From positions 1,440,001-1,504,000 of the forward strand of contig OZ253449.1 in the NCBI GenBank assembly GCA_965261345.1: a stretch of DNA of 64,000 nt, given 5' to 3'. The notes under the pieces were generated by a model, which saw only the letters and a program-made list of their open reading frames with translations, was not told the origin of the DNA and searched no databases. The position numbers and the translations under genes were made by a program. Positions 62,960 through 64,000 of the stretch are shown here, piece after piece; position 1 is the stretch's first letter, and each line of letters begins with the position of its first letter. The DNA comes from Chloroflexota bacterium. GTDB taxonomy: Bacteria > Chloroflexota > UBA11872 > VXNJ01.

Positions 62960-64000
62960 GCGCCGAATTTAACCAGTCGACCGGCGGTGGCCAGCAGGGT
63001 CGGCAGGACGGCGCGCGCCGGCAGGAAGCCCAGCCCGCCGCCGATGCAGGCGCGTTCCCCGAAACTGGCGACCCGGTCGGGCAGGGCCTGGCGGCCGGCA
63101 ATTAGCAGCGGGACCGGATGGTGGGAGTGGGCGCGCAGGGCCGCCGGAGTGGAGTGGTCGCCGGTGACCGCGATAGCGCCCGGCGACAGCGCGAGCAGGC
63201 GCGGGATGGCCGCGTCGGCCTCCCCGATCGCCCGCGCCTTGGCGTCCCAATCGCCGTCCTCGCCGGCCGCGTCGGAGGGTTTGTAGTGGAGGAAGAAGAA
63301 ATCAAAGTCGTTCCATGCCCGCTCGATCGCCTGCAGTTGACCGGGGAAGCTGTCGCCGGTATCGAGGATTTCCATCCCGGCGATCCGGGCCAGGCCCTTG
63401 TACATCGGGTAGGAGGCCGAACAGGCCGGACTTAGCTGCCAGCGGTCAGAGAGCGGTTCGAGCCGCGGACGGGTCGCGTAGCCGCGCATCAATACGGAAT
63501 TTGCGGGGGCGAGCGATCCGATCCTCTTAGCGACCAGATCCAGGAATTTCTGCAGGATCTTGGCGGTCGGCCGGGCTGCCGGGCTCAGCGGGCTGGGCGG
63601 GTTGGGCGGCACCCCGGTTGCCTGAGGATCGGTCTCGCGCACCCGGGCGCAGTGGTCCTGCCCGCGCAGCACCAGGACCGCGCGATGGCCGCTCTCGCTG
63701 GCCAATTCGTAGGGGCAGCCGATGTCGCCGCCGGAGAGTATCTTGACCAGCTCGGCATTGAGGGCGGTGTCAATCCGTCCGGCGCGGCGGTCGGCGACGT
63801 TGCCGTGGGAATTGAGGGTGCAGAAATTGAGACGGACCCCCAGATCACCCTCACCCAGGCCCATCCCGATTCCAATCGCCGAGAGCGCCCCGCGGCCAAT
63901 ATTGGAGGCGATCGGGTCGTAGCCAAACAGCGCCAGGTGGCCTGGCCCGCTGCCCGGGGTAATTCCCGGCGCGATCGGGACCGACAGGCCGGTGGTGCCG
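62956..64000 (-). CDS. apgM: 2,3-bisphosphoglycerate-independent phosphoglycerate mutase, archaeal type (5' end outside the window)
   Basis: PGSGPGHLALFGYDP, YPMYKGLA, HYKPSDAAGEDG, TGDHSTP, HSHHPVP. Confidence 0.93.
   Translation of the reverse strand, partial: GTTGLSVPIAPGITPGSGPGHLALFGYDPIASNIGRGALSAIGIGMGLGEGDLGVRLNFCTLNSHGNVADRRAGRIDTALNAELVKILSGGDIGCPYELASESGHRAVLVLRGQDHCARVRETDPQATGVPPNPPSPLSPAARPTAKILQKFLDLVAKRIGSLAPANSVLMRGYATRPRLEPLSDRWQLSPACSASYPMYKGLARIAGMEILDTGDSFPGQLQAIERAWNDFDFFFLHYKPSDAAGEDGDWDAKARAIGEADAAIPRLLALSPGAIAVTGDHSTPAALRAHSHHPVPLLIAGRQALPDRVASFGERACIGGGLGFLPARAVLPTLLATAGRLVKFGA

Overview
A GC-rich bacterial chromosome segment, probably from Chloroflexota (inferred from gene content: a small MQSSLIGKI-type SWIM protein, archaeal-type ApgM, Gram-positive-style sufCBD-Rieske-sufS-sufU, murD). 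Most of the window is housekeeping: rpmA/rplU, nadA, a group-2-like sigma-70, a sufR-iscS-iscA-moaA operon, rplY, rpsP-khpA-trmD, a divergent groEL, murD, tmRNA, tig-clpP-clpX, sodA, an Fe(III) ABC transporter, nfo, rpmI-rplT-pheST and the suf operon, plus three tRNAs (Ala-CGC, Gly-GCC, Leu-TAG). Two decaying accessory regions lie downstream of tRNA 3' ends. The first (1-2845) holds an IS21 istB pseudogene and a lipoprotein pseudogene. The second (about 23.0-33.9 kb) holds a putP pseudogene, an M48/YgjP peptidase, a complete IS1182-family element, two alpha/beta hydrolases and a 5'-nucleotidase. A galB-galD-extradiol dioxygenase aromatic-catabolism cassette sits at 52.5-55.4 kb. No CRISPR array, prophage or recognisable defence system was seen, and no clearly novel multi-gene system could be established. 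The best leads are: a stand-alone tyrosine-recombinase core-binding-like protein with an upstream dyad; a haloalkane dehalogenase lacking the HGNP proline, as in Renilla luciferase; an apparent ATC start codon for nfo; a transposase broken by an exact 22-bp tandem duplication; a 5'-nucleotidase with GNHE changed to GNNE; and a candidate RNA switch upstream of two orphan ORFs. All protein assignments come from motif recognition by eye; no database searches were run.
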